Assembly: GCF_045037415.1 (NCBI RefSeq)
Contig: NZ_CP173438.1
Length of the DNA stretch: 64,000 nt
Reading direction: 5' to 3' (one strand)
Source of the DNA: Escherichia coli
GTDB lineage: Bacteria; Pseudomonadota; Gammaproteobacteria; Enterobacterales; Enterobacteriaceae
The notes beneath the pieces are model-generated. The model made no database searches. It saw only the letters and a list, made by a program, of their open reading frames with translations, and was not told where the DNA came from. The stretch's first letter is position 1; each line of letters opens with the position of its first letter. Of this stretch, positions 8,700 through 21,906 are shown piece after piece. Made by a program: the position numbers and the translations under genes.

Positions 8700-10397
8700 A
8701 TGAAATCCCCCGCACCTTCTCGCCCGCAAAAAATGGCGTTAATTCCAGCCTGCATCTTTTTGTGTTTCGCTGCGCTATCGGTGCAGGCAGAAGAAACATC
8801 GGTAACACCACAACCGCCTGATATTTTATTAGGGCCGCTGTTTAATGATGTGCAAAACGCCAAACTTTTTCCGGACCAAAAAACCTTTGCCGATGCCGTG
8901 CCGAACAGCGATCCGCTGATGATCCTTGCTGATTATCGGATGCAGCAAAACCAGAGCGGATTTGATCTACGCCATTTCGTTAACGTCAATTTCACCCTGC
9001 CGAAAGAGGGCGAGAAATATGTTCCGCCAGAGGGGCAATCACTGCGCGAACATATTGACGGACTTTGGCCGGTATTAACGCGTTCTACCGAAAACACCGA
9101 AAAATGGGATTCTCTATTACCGCTGCCAAAGCCTTATGTCGTGCCAGGCGGACGTTTTCGCGAGGTATATTACTGGGACAGTTACTTCACCATGTTAGGA
9201 CTTGCCGAAAGCGGTCACTGGGATAAAGTCGCGGATATGGTGGCCAATTTTGCTCATGAAATAGACACTTACGGTCATATTCCCAACGGCAACCGCAGTT
9301 ACTATTTAAGCCGCTCGCAACCGCCCTTCTTTGCCCTGATGGTAGAGTTACTGGCGCAGCATGAAGGCGACGCCGCGTTGAAACAATACCTGCCGCAAAT
9401 GCAAAAAGAATATGCTTACTGGATGGACGGTGTTGAAAACCTGCAAGCCGGACAACAGGAAAAACGCGTTGTAAAACTTCAGGATGGTACCCTTCTCAAC
9501 CGCTACTGGGACGATCGCGATACGCCACGACCAGAGTCATGGGTGGAAGATATTGCCACTGCCAAAAGCAATCCGAATCGACCTGCCACTGAAATTTACC
9601 GCGACCTGCGCTCTGCCGCTGCGTCTGGCTGGGATTTCAGCTCGCGCTGGATGGACAATCCGCAGCAGTTAAACACCTTACGCACCACCAGCATCGTACC
9701 GGTCGATCTGAACAGCTTGATGTTCAAAATGGAAAAAATCCTCGCCCGCGCCAGCAAAGCTATCGGAGATAACGCGATGGCAAACCAGTACGAAACGCTG
9801 GCAAATGCCCGTCAAAAAGGGATCGAAAAATACCTGTGGAACGATCAACAAAGCTGGTATGCCGATTACGACCTGAAAAGTCATAAAGTGCGCAATCAGT
9901 TAACCGCGGCCGCCCTGTTCCCGCTGTACGTCAATGCGGCAGCGAAAGATCGCGCCAGCAAAATGGCGACGGCGACGAAAACACATCTGCTGCAACCAGG
10001 CGGCCTGAACACCACGTCGGTGAAAAGTGGGCAACAATGGGATGCGCCAAACGGCTGGGCGCCGTTGCAGTGGGTCGCGACAGAAGGATTACAAAACTAC
10101 GGGCAAAAAGAGGTAGCGATGGACATTAGCTGGCACTTCCTGACCAATGTTCAGCACACCTATGACCGGGAGAAAAAGCTGGTGGAAAAATATGATGTCA
10201 GCACCACCGGAACAGGGGGCGGCGGTGGCGAATATCCATTACAGGATGGCTTTGGCTGGACCAATGGCGTGACGCTGAAAATGCTGGATTTGATCTGCCC
10301 GAAAGAGCAACCGTGTGACAATGTTCCGGCGACGCGTCCACTCAGTGAATCAACAACACAGCCGCTAAAACAAAAAGAGGCGGAACCTACGCCTTAA
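8700..10397 (+). CDS. treA: Periplasmic trehalase
   Basis: [30 protein letters not shown] signal peptide. 565 aa. Trehalase motifs present ([26 protein letters not shown]). Confidence 0.96.
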   Translation: MKSPAPSRPQKMALIPACIFLCFAALSVQAEETSVTPQPPDILLGPLFNDVQNAKLFPDQKTFADAVPNSDPLMILADYRMQQNQSGFDLRHFVNVNFTLPKEGEKYVPPEGQSLREHIDGLWPVLTRSTENTEKWDSLLPLPKPYVVPGGRFREVYYWDSYFTMLGLAESGHWDKVADMVANFAHEIDTYGHIPNGNRSYYLSRSQPPFFALMVELLAQHEGDAALKQYLPQMQKEYAYWMDGVENLQAGQQEKRVVKLQDGTLLNRYWDDRDTPRPESWVEDIATAKSNPNRPATEIYRDLRSAAASGWDFSSRWMDNPQQLNTLRTTSIVPVDLNSLMFKMEKILARASKAIGDNAMANQYETLANARQKGIEKYLWNDQQSWYADYDLKSHKVRNQLTAAALFPLYVNAAAKDRASKMATATKTHLLQPGGLNTTSVKSGQQWDAPNGWAPLQWVATEGLQNYGQKEVAMDISWHFLTNVQHTYDREKKLVEKYDVSTTGTGGGGGEYPLQDGFGWTNGVTLKMLDLICPKEQPCDNVPATRPLSESTTQPLKQKEAEPTP

Positions 10398-10726
10398 CTT
10401 TACTGTATATCGAGCAATGCCATTACGTGCATAAAATTGGCATTGCTCTTTCTTCATCACGAAATACCACTCTTTCTACGGTCTATGCCTTTATTTTCTT
10501 TTATTAGAGAAGATTTTAATTTTATTTTATCAACTTGTTAATCATCACACCTCTATTTATATTTTCCCCCACTCCCCATTCTCCCTGACAATTTTCTTGT
10601 GGAACAAAGTGTTATTTAAGAAACAAGCAAATCATTCTGTCTCTTTAGACAAATTTTGACATCAAACATGATCTTTTTCGCTATATGTGTAAGTATATAG
10701 CGGTTTTAATTATCAGGATATTACTT

Positions 10727-11749
10727 ATGTCACTAACCAGACGGAGGTTTACACAGATTCTTGCGTCGACATTGTTCCTGCATCATCTGCCGTCCTTTGC
10801 ACAATCAGTCAAATTCTGGGCCTCACTGACGCTTCCCGAAGCCCAACACATTACACGCATCGTCAGCGCAGGCGCGCCCGCCGATTTACTATTGCTGGCT
10901 GTCGCGCCAGAAAAAATGGTCGGTTTTTCCTCTTTTGATTTTGCCCGTCAGGCATTAATTCCATTGCCAGAGCACATTCGCCAGTTCCCCAGGCTGGGAC
11001 GACTCGCCGGGCGCGCCAGCACACTCTCGCTGGAAGGGCTTATGGCGTTACATCCCGATTTGGTCGTTGATTGCGGCAATACGGATGAAACCTGGATCTC
11101 CCAGGCACGGCAGGTTAGCGAACAGACACAAATACCCTGGTTATTGCTTAACGGGAAACTGGAACAATCAGCAGAACAGTTAACAACGCTTGGCAAAACG
11201 TTAGGCGAAGAGCACCGCGCCGCAGAACAAGCCAATCTCGCCAGCCGCTTCGTTGGTGAAGCTCAGGCATTCGCCACCTCACCCGCCGCTAATCTCAGCT
11301 TTTATGCTGCGCGCGGTCCTCGAGGGCTGGAAACGGGCTTACAGGGTTCGTTGCATACCGAGGCGGCGGAATTATTAGGTTTGCACAACGTCGCGCAAAT
11401 AGCCGATCGCCACGGTCTGACACAGGTTTCCATGGAAAATCTCCTGCGCTGGCAGCCGGATATTATTCTGGTTCAGGAGGCCGTTACTGCAGATTTTATT
11501 CGTCGTGATCCTCTCTGGCAGGGCGTGAAAGCGGTTGCGGAACAACGCATCTTATTTTTAAGTGGCCTGCCCTTTGGCTGGCTGGATGCCCCGCCGGGAA
11601 TCAACCGTCTTCTGGGATTACGCAGACTTCACGCCTGGCTGGATCCCGCCATCAATCGCCAGTTTAAAAGTGACATGCAGCATTACGCCCAACTGTTCTG
11701 GCATTGTTCACTCAGTGACGCCGACTATCAAAAATTGGTGGCGAGCTAA
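10727..11749 (+). CDS. Periplasmic substrate-binding protein of a siderophore/cobalamin-type (FecB/BtuF class) ABC importer, with a twin-arginine-like signal
   Basis: MSLTRRRFTQILASTLFLHHLPSFAQS. SD agga lies upstream. The stop overlaps the permease start (TAATG). First gene of the non-K-12 island. Confidence 0.8.
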   Translation: MSLTRRRFTQILASTLFLHHLPSFAQSVKFWASLTLPEAQHITRIVSAGAPADLLLLAVAPEKMVGFSSFDFARQALIPLPEHIRQFPRLGRLAGRASTLSLEGLMALHPDLVVDCGNTDETWISQARQVSEQTQIPWLLLNGKLEQSAEQLTTLGKTLGEEHRAAEQANLASRFVGEAQAFATSPAANLSFYAARGPRGLETGLQGSLHTEAAELLGLHNVAQIADRHGLTQVSMENLLRWQPDIILVQEAVTADFIRRDPLWQGVKAVAEQRILFLSGLPFGWLDAPPGINRLLGLRRLHAWLDPAINRQFKSDMQHYAQLFWHCSLSDADYQKLVAS

Positions 11750-12729
11750 TGAGAACCGTAAACGGATGTATTTTGCTGCTGGCAGCTATCAGTATCACTT
11801 TTGCCGCCGTAAGTGGGGCTTATCATCTCGATATGCAGCAACTGCTGGCGCTCATTCTTCGTCAAGAAAATGTTCCTGTGCAGGAACAAATTGTCTTCTG
11901 GCAAATCCGCGTGCCGCGTATTCTTGCTGCGCTGTTTCTGGGCGCGGCGCTGGCAGGGGCCGGAACCACCTATCAGGGAATGTTCCGTAATCCCTTAGTG
12001 TCACCGGATATTTTAGGCGTCTCCGCCGGTGCCGGACTTGGTGCCTGCGCGGCAATCCTGTGGGGATTATCCATTGTTTACATCCAGCTGTACGCATTTT
12101 GCGGCGGGCTGATGGTGGTCGCGGGCGTCTGGTTGATTACGCGTCGGGTGACCCGCCACGATCCGATCTTAACCCTGGTGCTGGTAGGCATTGCGTTAGG
12201 AACGTTGTGCGGAGCGGGGATATCGCTAATAAAAACGCTGGCCGATCCTTACACCCAGTTACCGTCAATTACCTTCTGGTTGCTGGGGGGGCTGTCCACC
12301 GTGACCTTACGCGATCTCTGCTATGCTGCACCGATCATTCTCATAGGCTCCTTGCCCCTGTTTTTTCTCCGCTGGCGCATGAATTTACTCACGCTTTCCG
12401 ACGACGAAGCCCGTTCGCTGGGACTGAACGTGACACGTCTGCGCTTTGGATTGATTGTCTGCGCCACACTCATCACCGCCAGCACGGTAGCAATAGCAGG
12501 CATAATTGGTTGGGTCGGCCTGGTCGTTCCGCACATTGCCCGCTTGTTGACCGGTCATAACCATCAGCAGCTGTTGCCCATGGCAATGTGTACTGGCGCG
12601 ATTCTGCTCCTGCTTACCGATACGCTGGCACGCAGCATTGGAACAACAGAAATCCCACTTGGCATTCTGACCGCTTTTGTTGGTGCACCGTTTTTCCTGT
12701 TTTTGTTGTTACGCGGAGGTCGCCAGTGA
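11749..12729 (+). CDS. FecCD-family ABC transporter permease
   Basis: 326-aa polytopic membrane protein with FecCD/BtuC-like features (GAALAGAG, PLGILTAFVGAPFFLFLL). Confidence 0.88.
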   Translation: MRTVNGCILLLAAISITFAAVSGAYHLDMQQLLALILRQENVPVQEQIVFWQIRVPRILAALFLGAALAGAGTTYQGMFRNPLVSPDILGVSAGAGLGACAAILWGLSIVYIQLYAFCGGLMVVAGVWLITRRVTRHDPILTLVLVGIALGTLCGAGISLIKTLADPYTQLPSITFWLLGGLSTVTLRDLCYAAPIILIGSLPLFFLRWRMNLLTLSDDEARSLGLNVTRLRFGLIVCATLITASTVAIAGIIGWVGLVVPHIARLLTGHNHQQLLPMAMCTGAILLLLTDTLARSIGTTEIPLGILTAFVGAPFFLFLLLRGGRQ

Positions 12730-13484
12730 CTTTGCTTGCCGTCCGTCATGCGTCTCTGGGTTACTCCCGCCATCCGGTGCTACGCGACGTGTCCTTCACC
12801 CTGTCGCAAGGAACAATTTGTTGTCTGTTAGGAGCCAATGGTTGCGGCAAAACCACACTCATGCGCTCCATTCTTGGCGTTATACCGTTATTAAAAGGCG
12901 AGATCTTACTGGATAGCCTCCCTGTGCAGACACTCAGCCATCGCCAGCGCGCGCAGGCTATTGCCTGGGTGCCGCAGGCGCACGACGGCATTTTTGCTTT
13001 TAGTGTGCTGGATATGGTGTTGATGGGCCTGGCCCCCACCATAGGCGCTTTTTCCGTTCCCGGTAAGCAAGAACGCCTGAAAGCAACGGAGCAACTGGAA
13101 AAGCTGGGCATTTTGCATCTGGCGACACGACGCTGGAATACGCTTAGCGGCGGTGAACGTCAGCTGGCTTTAATCGCCCGTGCACTCGTCCAGCAACCGC
13201 GCTTGTTATTACTGGATGAGCCTGCCTCCAGCCTCGATTTCGGTCATCAGATCCAACTTCTGGACACGCTGGCGCAGCTCAAAAATAACGGCATGACAAT
13301 GTTAATGTCGACTCATCATCCGCTCCATGCAAACGCCATTGCCGACAGCATTATCCAGGTAGAGCCAGATGGACGAGTAACACAAGGCTTACCGACCGAA
13401 CAGTTAACAACGAAAAAACTGGCTGCCCTGTACCGGGTTTCTGCCGACCAGATTCACCATCACCTCTCTGCAATTAAGCACTAA
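12726..13484 (+). CDS. ABC transporter ATP-binding protein (the 'fepC' of the prrA-modD-yc73-fepC cluster as I recall it)
   Basis: GTG start overlaps the permease stop (GTGA). Walker A GANGCGKTT, signature LSGGERQ, Walker B LLLLDEP. Confidence 0.88.
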   Translation: MTLLAVRHASLGYSRHPVLRDVSFTLSQGTICCLLGANGCGKTTLMRSILGVIPLLKGEILLDSLPVQTLSHRQRAQAIAWVPQAHDGIFAFSVLDMVLMGLAPTIGAFSVPGKQERLKATEQLEKLGILHLATRRWNTLSGGERQLALIARALVQQPRLLLLDEPASSLDFGHQIQLLDTLAQLKNNGMTMLMSTHHPLHANAIADSIIQVEPDGRVTQGLPTEQLTTKKLAALYRVSADQIHHHLSAIKH

Positions 13485-13493
13485 GGAAAAATC

Positions 13494-14306
13494 ATGCTCA
13501 TTGACGATATTGATTTTGCAGACCTTTACCTTCAGCAACTCAGGCTGGCCCATCGCACAGAAAAAACGCCGGATCACTGGGATCAACGGGCGGAAAAAAT
13601 GGCGGAAAATTGCGCCTCGCCTACGGACAGCTACCTGCAACAACTGACCTCAAAAATTGACCTGCAAGGCGCGCAAACCTTATTCGATATGGGCTGCGGA
13701 CCGGGTACCGTATCGCTGGCGCTGGCGGACAAACTCACGACGATTTATGGCGTTGATTACAGTCAGGGGATGCTGAACGTTGCCGCCCGTCGTGCCGCCG
13801 CGCTAAAGGCAGACAATGTCCACTGGATCCAGCGCGCCTGGGAAGAGGACTGGAGTGACCTGCCACGCTGCGATATTGCCGTGGCTTCCCGCTCCACTCT
13901 GGTGGCTGATATGCGCCAGGCAATGAGCAAACTGAATAATCAGGCACGGCTTCGCGTCTATACGACTCATCTGGTCAGCACCTCGTTCGTCTCTCCAGCC
14001 ATTCAGCGGGCGGCTGGTCGGGAAGTGATCGAATTACCCAACTATATCTTTGCACTCAACGTCCTGTATCAGATGGGAATTTATGCTCACGTTGATTTTA
14101 TCCGCGGACAAAATTGCCAACAGGATAACAGCACCTGGGAACGTTTTGAGCAGAACGTCAGCTGGAGTCTGGGCGCGCTTAACGACGATGAGCGTGAGCG
14201 GTTATATCGCTGGTATCAACAACAAGATGCTCGTGCCCTCGCCCCTGCCAGCCGCGACTGGGCGCTCATCTGGTGGGATAGCGTACCGCAGGAGACACTG
14301 CGATGA
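13494..14306 (+). CDS. Class I SAM-dependent methyltransferase
   Basis: Motif I LFDMGCGPGT. 270 aa. The stop overlaps the modD start (ATGA). Confidence 0.8.
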   Translation: MLIDDIDFADLYLQQLRLAHRTEKTPDHWDQRAEKMAENCASPTDSYLQQLTSKIDLQGAQTLFDMGCGPGTVSLALADKLTTIYGVDYSQGMLNVAARRAAALKADNVHWIQRAWEEDWSDLPRCDIAVASRSTLVADMRQAMSKLNNQARLRVYTTHLVSTSFVSPAIQRAAGREVIELPNYIFALNVLYQMGIYAHVDFIRGQNCQQDNSTWERFEQNVSWSLGALNDDERERLYRWYQQQDARALAPASRDWALIWWDSVPQETLR

Positions 14307-15157
14307 TTTTCCTTTCTCAGGCACAAATCGATGCGTTATTGCTGGAAGATATCCAGGGCGGTGACCTGACCACGCGAGCATTAAATATTGGACACCAGCA
14401 TGGCTATATAGAGTTTTTTCTCCGTCAGGGCGGCTGCATCAGCGGCATTTCTGTCGCGTGTAAGATGTTAACTACGCTGGGATTAACTATTGATGACGCG
14501 GTCAGCGACGGTTCACAAGCGAACGCGGGTCAGCGGCTAATCCGTGCGCAAGGTAATGCCGCAGCACTTCATCAGGGATGGAAGGCAGTCCAGAATGTGC
14601 TGGAGTGGAGTTGCGGTGTTTCTGATTATCTCGCTCAAATGCTGGCGTTACTTCGTGAACGTTACCCTGATGGCAATATCGCCTGCACCCGAAAAGCAAT
14701 TCCGGGCACCCGCTTACTGGCCTCGCAGGCAATTCTGGCTGCCGGAGGACTGATTCATCGTGCCGGATGTGCGGAAACCATATTATTGTTTGCCAACCAC
14801 CGCCATTTTCTTCATGACAATCAGGACTGGTCAGGCGCAATCAATCAGTTACGTCGCCACGCACCCGAGAAGAAAATAGTTGTTGAAGCCGACACGCCGA
14901 AAGAGGCAATCGCCGCGTTACGCGCGCAACCAGACGTACTTCAGCTCGACAAATTTAGTCCGCAACAGGCAACTGAAATTGCGCAAATAGCACCGTCGCT
15001 GGCTCCCCACTGCACGCTGGCTCTGACCGGCGGAATTAATCTGACAACACTCAAAAATTACCTCGACTGCGGCATTCGCCTTTTTATTACCTCCGCGCCT
15101 TATTACGCGACACCAGCTGACATTAAAGTCAGTCTGCAACCCGCAGCCTCTATTTAA
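14303..15157 (+). CDS. modD: ModD protein (quinolinate/nicotinate-nucleotide pyrophosphorylase family)
   Basis: 284 aa. N-terminal LLEDIQGGDLTT and overall QPRTase-like pattern. Gene order matches the ExPEC prrA-modD cluster (recollection). Confidence 0.7.
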   Translation: MIFLSQAQIDALLLEDIQGGDLTTRALNIGHQHGYIEFFLRQGGCISGISVACKMLTTLGLTIDDAVSDGSQANAGQRLIRAQGNAAALHQGWKAVQNVLEWSCGVSDYLAQMLALLRERYPDGNIACTRKAIPGTRLLASQAILAAGGLIHRAGCAETILLFANHRHFLHDNQDWSGAINQLRRHAPEKKIVVEADTPKEAIAALRAQPDVLQLDKFSPQQATEIAQIAPSLAPHCTLALTGGINLTTLKNYLDCGIRLFITSAPYYATPADIKVSLQPAASI

Positions 15158-15182
15158 TTCTTTGTTAAACGGAATTTATTCT

Positions 15183-17153
15183 ATGAGACTCAAAAAACGT
15201 TATCTCTGCACAGCATTATCACTTGCCTTTACCCAGCAGGCCGTAGCGGCTCAGGAGAGTGACACGCTGACCGTATGGTCCAGTCCGGTATCATCAACGA
15301 CGACCACCGTTCTCGATCAACCCACCATGAAGGCCCTGGATAAACAGAATGTCGCTCAGGCATTAAGTGTCGTCCCCGGCGTGGTGCTGCAAAAGTCAGG
15401 TAGCCGCAACGAAGAACAGGTCAAAGTTCGTGGCTTTGATAGTCGTCAGGTGCCGGTCTATTTCGACGGTGTGCCCATTTATGTTCCCTATGACGGCAAC
15501 CTCGATCTGGCGCGGATTCTGACCAACAATTTGGGGGCAGTTGAAGTTTCCAAAGGGTATTCGTCGCTGCTTCAGGGGCCTAATCAGATGGGCGGAGCCA
15601 TTAATATCACCACCCAGAAGCCAACAAAACCTCTGGAAGCAAGTCTGGGATATCGCCAGGGATGGAGCCGTAGCCAGGACAATGCCTACGATATGCATGC
15701 TTCATTTGCCGCCAGCAGCGATCTGGGGTATTTGCAAGTCAGCGGTAGCCAGCTAAAGCAGGATTTTCTCGGCCTGCCGCATGGTGTAAATAATGATATT
15801 GCAGGCAAACACGGCAAGATGATTAATTCATCGGCTGATGATAAACGCGGCATTGTGAAGCTCGGTTTTACACCACGCGAAAACGATGAATACACATTGA
15901 CTTACATTAAGCAGGATGGTGAAAAAGATAACCCGCCATACAGTGGAAATAGTGGTCAGAAATCACGCTACTGGCAGTGGCCAGAGTATGACAAAGAAAG
16001 TTTTTATTATCAGGGAACGACCCAACTAAACGATCGTTTTACCCTGAAAAGTCGGCTGTATCGCGACACCTTTGAAAATACGCTAATGATGTACAACTCG
16101 CTGGCTGATTTGAAAAATAAAAAAGGCAGCTACAGCCATTATTCCGATTACAGCGACGGTGCCGGGTTACAACTGGCAGCCGATGTGCGTGAAAACGATC
16201 TGCTGTCGTTTGCCGTTAACTGGAAAGATGACGTACACCGGGAAAAAGGTGCGCCGCACGCCGCTTACGATCGCTATGAAGATCGTACCTGGTCGCTCGC
16301 CAGTGAATATCAATGGGCTGCTGCCGATAATGTCGATGTCGTGGCTGGAATCAGCTATGACTGGCGCGATAGCGTAGAAGCGAAAAAACATGAGAAAGAT
16401 GGCAGTATCACCCATTATGACGACAACAATCAGTCAGCTTTTAACTGGCAGGTGATGGGGAAATACCACTTTGCCAATGAAGACACGCTGGCGCTTTCGT
16501 ACTATGACCGCACACGCTTTCCGACGCTGAAAGAACGCTATACCACGTCCAAACCTGCGTATAACCAGATAGCGATTGTTAACCCGCAGCTCAAGCCGGA
16601 ACGCGCGCGCGGGGTGGATTTAACCTGGAATGGTGCCTTCACGCACGACTGGGGATTTGAGGTCAGCGTTTACTATAACCGGGTGAGTGATGCCATCCTC
16701 TCGCACAATATCGATGCCGATACCATTCAAAATCAGAACAGCGGCACGGTGGATTACAGCGGTCTGGATGCCGGTATTAAGGGGAAAATCAGCAATATAC
16801 TGGATGTAGGATTGAGCTACGCCCTGATCCACGCTGATGCCAAACGCAAAGACATCGGCAAGATAACCGATCTGCCAACGCAGACAATGACCGCATGGAT
16901 GACTCTCAAACCGTGGGAGCCGTTAAGCGTAACGCTGTCGGAAGAGGCGCGTTCCTCCAGCTACAGCAACAGTGACGGTTCACAAAAAGCCGCCGGTTTT
17001 GCGGTGACTCACATTCGAGCCGATTACACCTTAGGTCATGGCTTCAGCGTTAATGCGTCGGTCAATAACCTGTTTGATACCAAATATGCCTACAGTGAAG
17101 GGTTTATTGAAGAAGGTCGCAATTTCTGGGCAGGTATCGAGTATACGTTCTGA
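15183..17153 (+). CDS. prrA: TonB-dependent outer-membrane receptor
   Basis: Signal peptide MRLKKRYLCTALSLAFTQQAVA. TonB-box-like DTLTVW. Plug motifs present (VEVSKGYSSLLQGPNQMGGAINI). C-terminal ...FWAGIEYTF. The symbol is from recollection of the ExPEC cluster name. Confidence 0.85.
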   Translation: MRLKKRYLCTALSLAFTQQAVAAQESDTLTVWSSPVSSTTTTVLDQPTMKALDKQNVAQALSVVPGVVLQKSGSRNEEQVKVRGFDSRQVPVYFDGVPIYVPYDGNLDLARILTNNLGAVEVSKGYSSLLQGPNQMGGAINITTQKPTKPLEASLGYRQGWSRSQDNAYDMHASFAASSDLGYLQVSGSQLKQDFLGLPHGVNNDIAGKHGKMINSSADDKRGIVKLGFTPRENDEYTLTYIKQDGEKDNPPYSGNSGQKSRYWQWPEYDKESFYYQGTTQLNDRFTLKSRLYRDTFENTLMMYNSLADLKNKKGSYSHYSDYSDGAGLQLAADVRENDLLSFAVNWKDDVHREKGAPHAAYDRYEDRTWSLASEYQWAAADNVDVVAGISYDWRDSVEAKKHEKDGSITHYDDNNQSAFNWQVMGKYHFANEDTLALSYYDRTRFPTLKERYTTSKPAYNQIAIVNPQLKPERARGVDLTWNGAFTHDWGFEVSVYYNRVSDAILSHNIDADTIQNQNSGTVDYSGLDAGIKGKISNILDVGLSYALIHADAKRKDIGKITDLPTQTMTAWMTLKPWEPLSVTLSEEARSSSYSNSDGSQKAAGFAVTHIRADYTLGHGFSVNASVNNLFDTKYAYSEGFIEEGRNFWAGIEYTF

Positions 17154-17160
17154 TGTGAAA

Positions 17161-17190
17161 GCGGATAGCGGCATCTGTATCGCTATCCGC
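17161..17190. terminator. Hairpin between the convergent receptor gene and ymgE
   Basis: 10-bp stem gcggatagcg / cgctatccgc with a 10-nt loop. T-rich only on the minus-strand side. Confidence 0.4.
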
Positions 17191-17202
17191 CTTATGAAAA
17201 TC

Positions 17203-17457
17203 TTATTCTCTTCGCAGGAGGCGGAATACGCCCAGCACCAGGATAGCGCCCACCACCGCCACCAGGAAGCTGTGCAAATTAAAACCGCTGATGGAGCCGC
17301 CAATGCCAAACATGGTCGCCAGCCAGCCGCCGACCACCGCACCGACTATCCCAAGAATACAGGTCAGGAAAAATCCACCACCATCTCGCCCCGGCATGAT
17401 TAGCTTGGCGATAATGCCGGCTATCAGGCCAAAAATAATCCAGGCAATAATTCCCAT
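17203..17457 (-). CDS. ymgE: Transglycosylase-associated (GlsB/YeaQ/YmgE) family small membrane protein
   Basis: MGIIAWIIFGLIAGIIAKLIMPGRDGGG. 84 aa from the internal Met. Confidence 0.9.
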   Translation of the reverse strand: MGIIAWIIFGLIAGIIAKLIMPGRDGGGFFLTCILGIVGAVVGGWLATMFGIGGSISGFNLHSFLVAVVGAILVLGVFRLLRRE

Positions 17458-17595
17458 GTTCAGGCCCTCGTTTCGATGAATCGGACGCAAGAAATGCTTA
17501 CGTCAACGCTCTAAGTATAGGCAAGGGCGGGATCGATGCTGGGCATATGTCGGCTGATTTAAGAACAACATGTAAAAAATATTCGCGCATTTGTA

Positions 17596-17622
17596 TTAAG
17601 TTTTGTTAACTGCGACCGATAA
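17596..17622 (+). promoter_or_regulatory. Sigma-28 (FliA) class 3 flagellar promoter for ycgR
   Basis: TTAAGTTT-N11-ACCGATAA compared with the consensus TAAAGTTT-N11-GCCGATAA. It ends 36 nt upstream of the ycgR GTG start. Confidence 0.6.
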
Positions 17623-17657
17623 ACCAAAGACAGTTTGTCAGTCAGGAGTTTTTCCGC

Positions 17658-18392
17658 GTGAGTCATTACCATGAGCAGTTCCTGAAACAAAATCCGTTAG
17701 CCGTCCTGGGCGTGTTACGCGATTTGAACAAAGCCGCAATTCCTTTGCGTATCAGCTGGAATGGCGGGCAGCTGATCAGCAAAATACTGGCAATAACTCC
17801 GGATAAACTGGTGCTGGATTTCGGCAGCCAGGCCGAAGACAACATCGCCGTGCTAAAGGCGCAGCACATTACCATTACCGCCGAAACTCAGGGTGCGAAA
17901 GTCGAGTTTACTGTTGAACAACTACAGCAGAGTGAATACTTGCAGCTTCCGGCATTTATTACCGTACCGCCTCCCACCTTATGGTTTGTACAACGACGCC
18001 GATATTTCCGCATCACCGCCCCACTCCATCCGCCTTATTTTTGCCAGACCAAACTGGCGGATAACAGTACGTTACGTTTCCGCCTGTATGATTTGTCGTT
18101 AGGCGGCATGGGCGCATTACTGGAAACAGCAAAGCCTGCCGAATTACACGAAGGCATGCGCTTCGCTCAGATTGAAGTCAACATGGGGCAATGGGGTGTT
18201 TTTCACTTTGACGCCCAGTTAATCTCCATCAGCGAGCGCAAAGTGATTGATGGCAAAAATGAAACCATCACCACTCCCCGTCTGAGCTTCCGTTTTCTTA
18301 ACGTCAGCCCGACGGTGGAGCGGCAATTACAGCGGATTATTTTCTCTCTCGAGCGAGAAGCCCGGAAAAAAGCGGACAATGTGCGTGACTGA
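17658..18392 (+). CDS. ycgR: Flagellar brake protein YcgR (c-di-GMP-binding PilZ)
   Basis: GTG start. MSHYHEQFLKQNPLAVLGVLRDL. 244 aa. PilZ RRRYFR motif present. Confidence 0.95.
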   Translation: MSHYHEQFLKQNPLAVLGVLRDLNKAAIPLRISWNGGQLISKILAITPDKLVLDFGSQAEDNIAVLKAQHITITAETQGAKVEFTVEQLQQSEYLQLPAFITVPPPTLWFVQRRRYFRITAPLHPPYFCQTKLADNSTLRFRLYDLSLGGMGALLETAKPAELHEGMRFAQIEVNMGQWGVFHFDAQLISISERKVIDGKNETITTPRLSFRFLNVSPTVERQLQRIIFSLEREARKKADNVRD

Positions 18393-18393
18393 T

Positions 18394-20019
<1,626 letters not shown>

Positions 20020-20065
20020 AAAAATCACGCTTCAGGGCTAAGTAAAACGCTGTCTCTGCCGCTAA

Positions 20066-21850
<1,785 letters not shown>

Positions 21851-21906
21851 GTTTAATGTGTTTCGTAACGCTGGATACGACGCTGGTCGCATCCAGCGAT
21901 AACAAG

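Noticed and set aside
8540-8863. 107-aa minus-strand ORF across the treA promoter and start.
   Set aside because: It overlaps the treA signal-peptide coding region in antisense. It has no RBS and no recognisable family.
10615-10645. The sequence aacaagcaaatcattctgtc upstream of the ABC/TonB island. I considered it as a Fur box.
   Set aside because: Only the AATCATT core matches the 19-bp Fur consensus, and the flanks do not match. This is too weak to call by eye.
12588-12725. The N-terminal extension of the ATPase ORF (298 aa in the ORF track), and the 166-aa ORF at 12060-12560.
   Set aside because: The extension overlaps the permease C-terminus in another frame. A GTG at 12726 that overlaps the permease stop gives a normal ABC ATPase N-terminus. 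The 166-aa ORF is an alternative frame of the permease gene.
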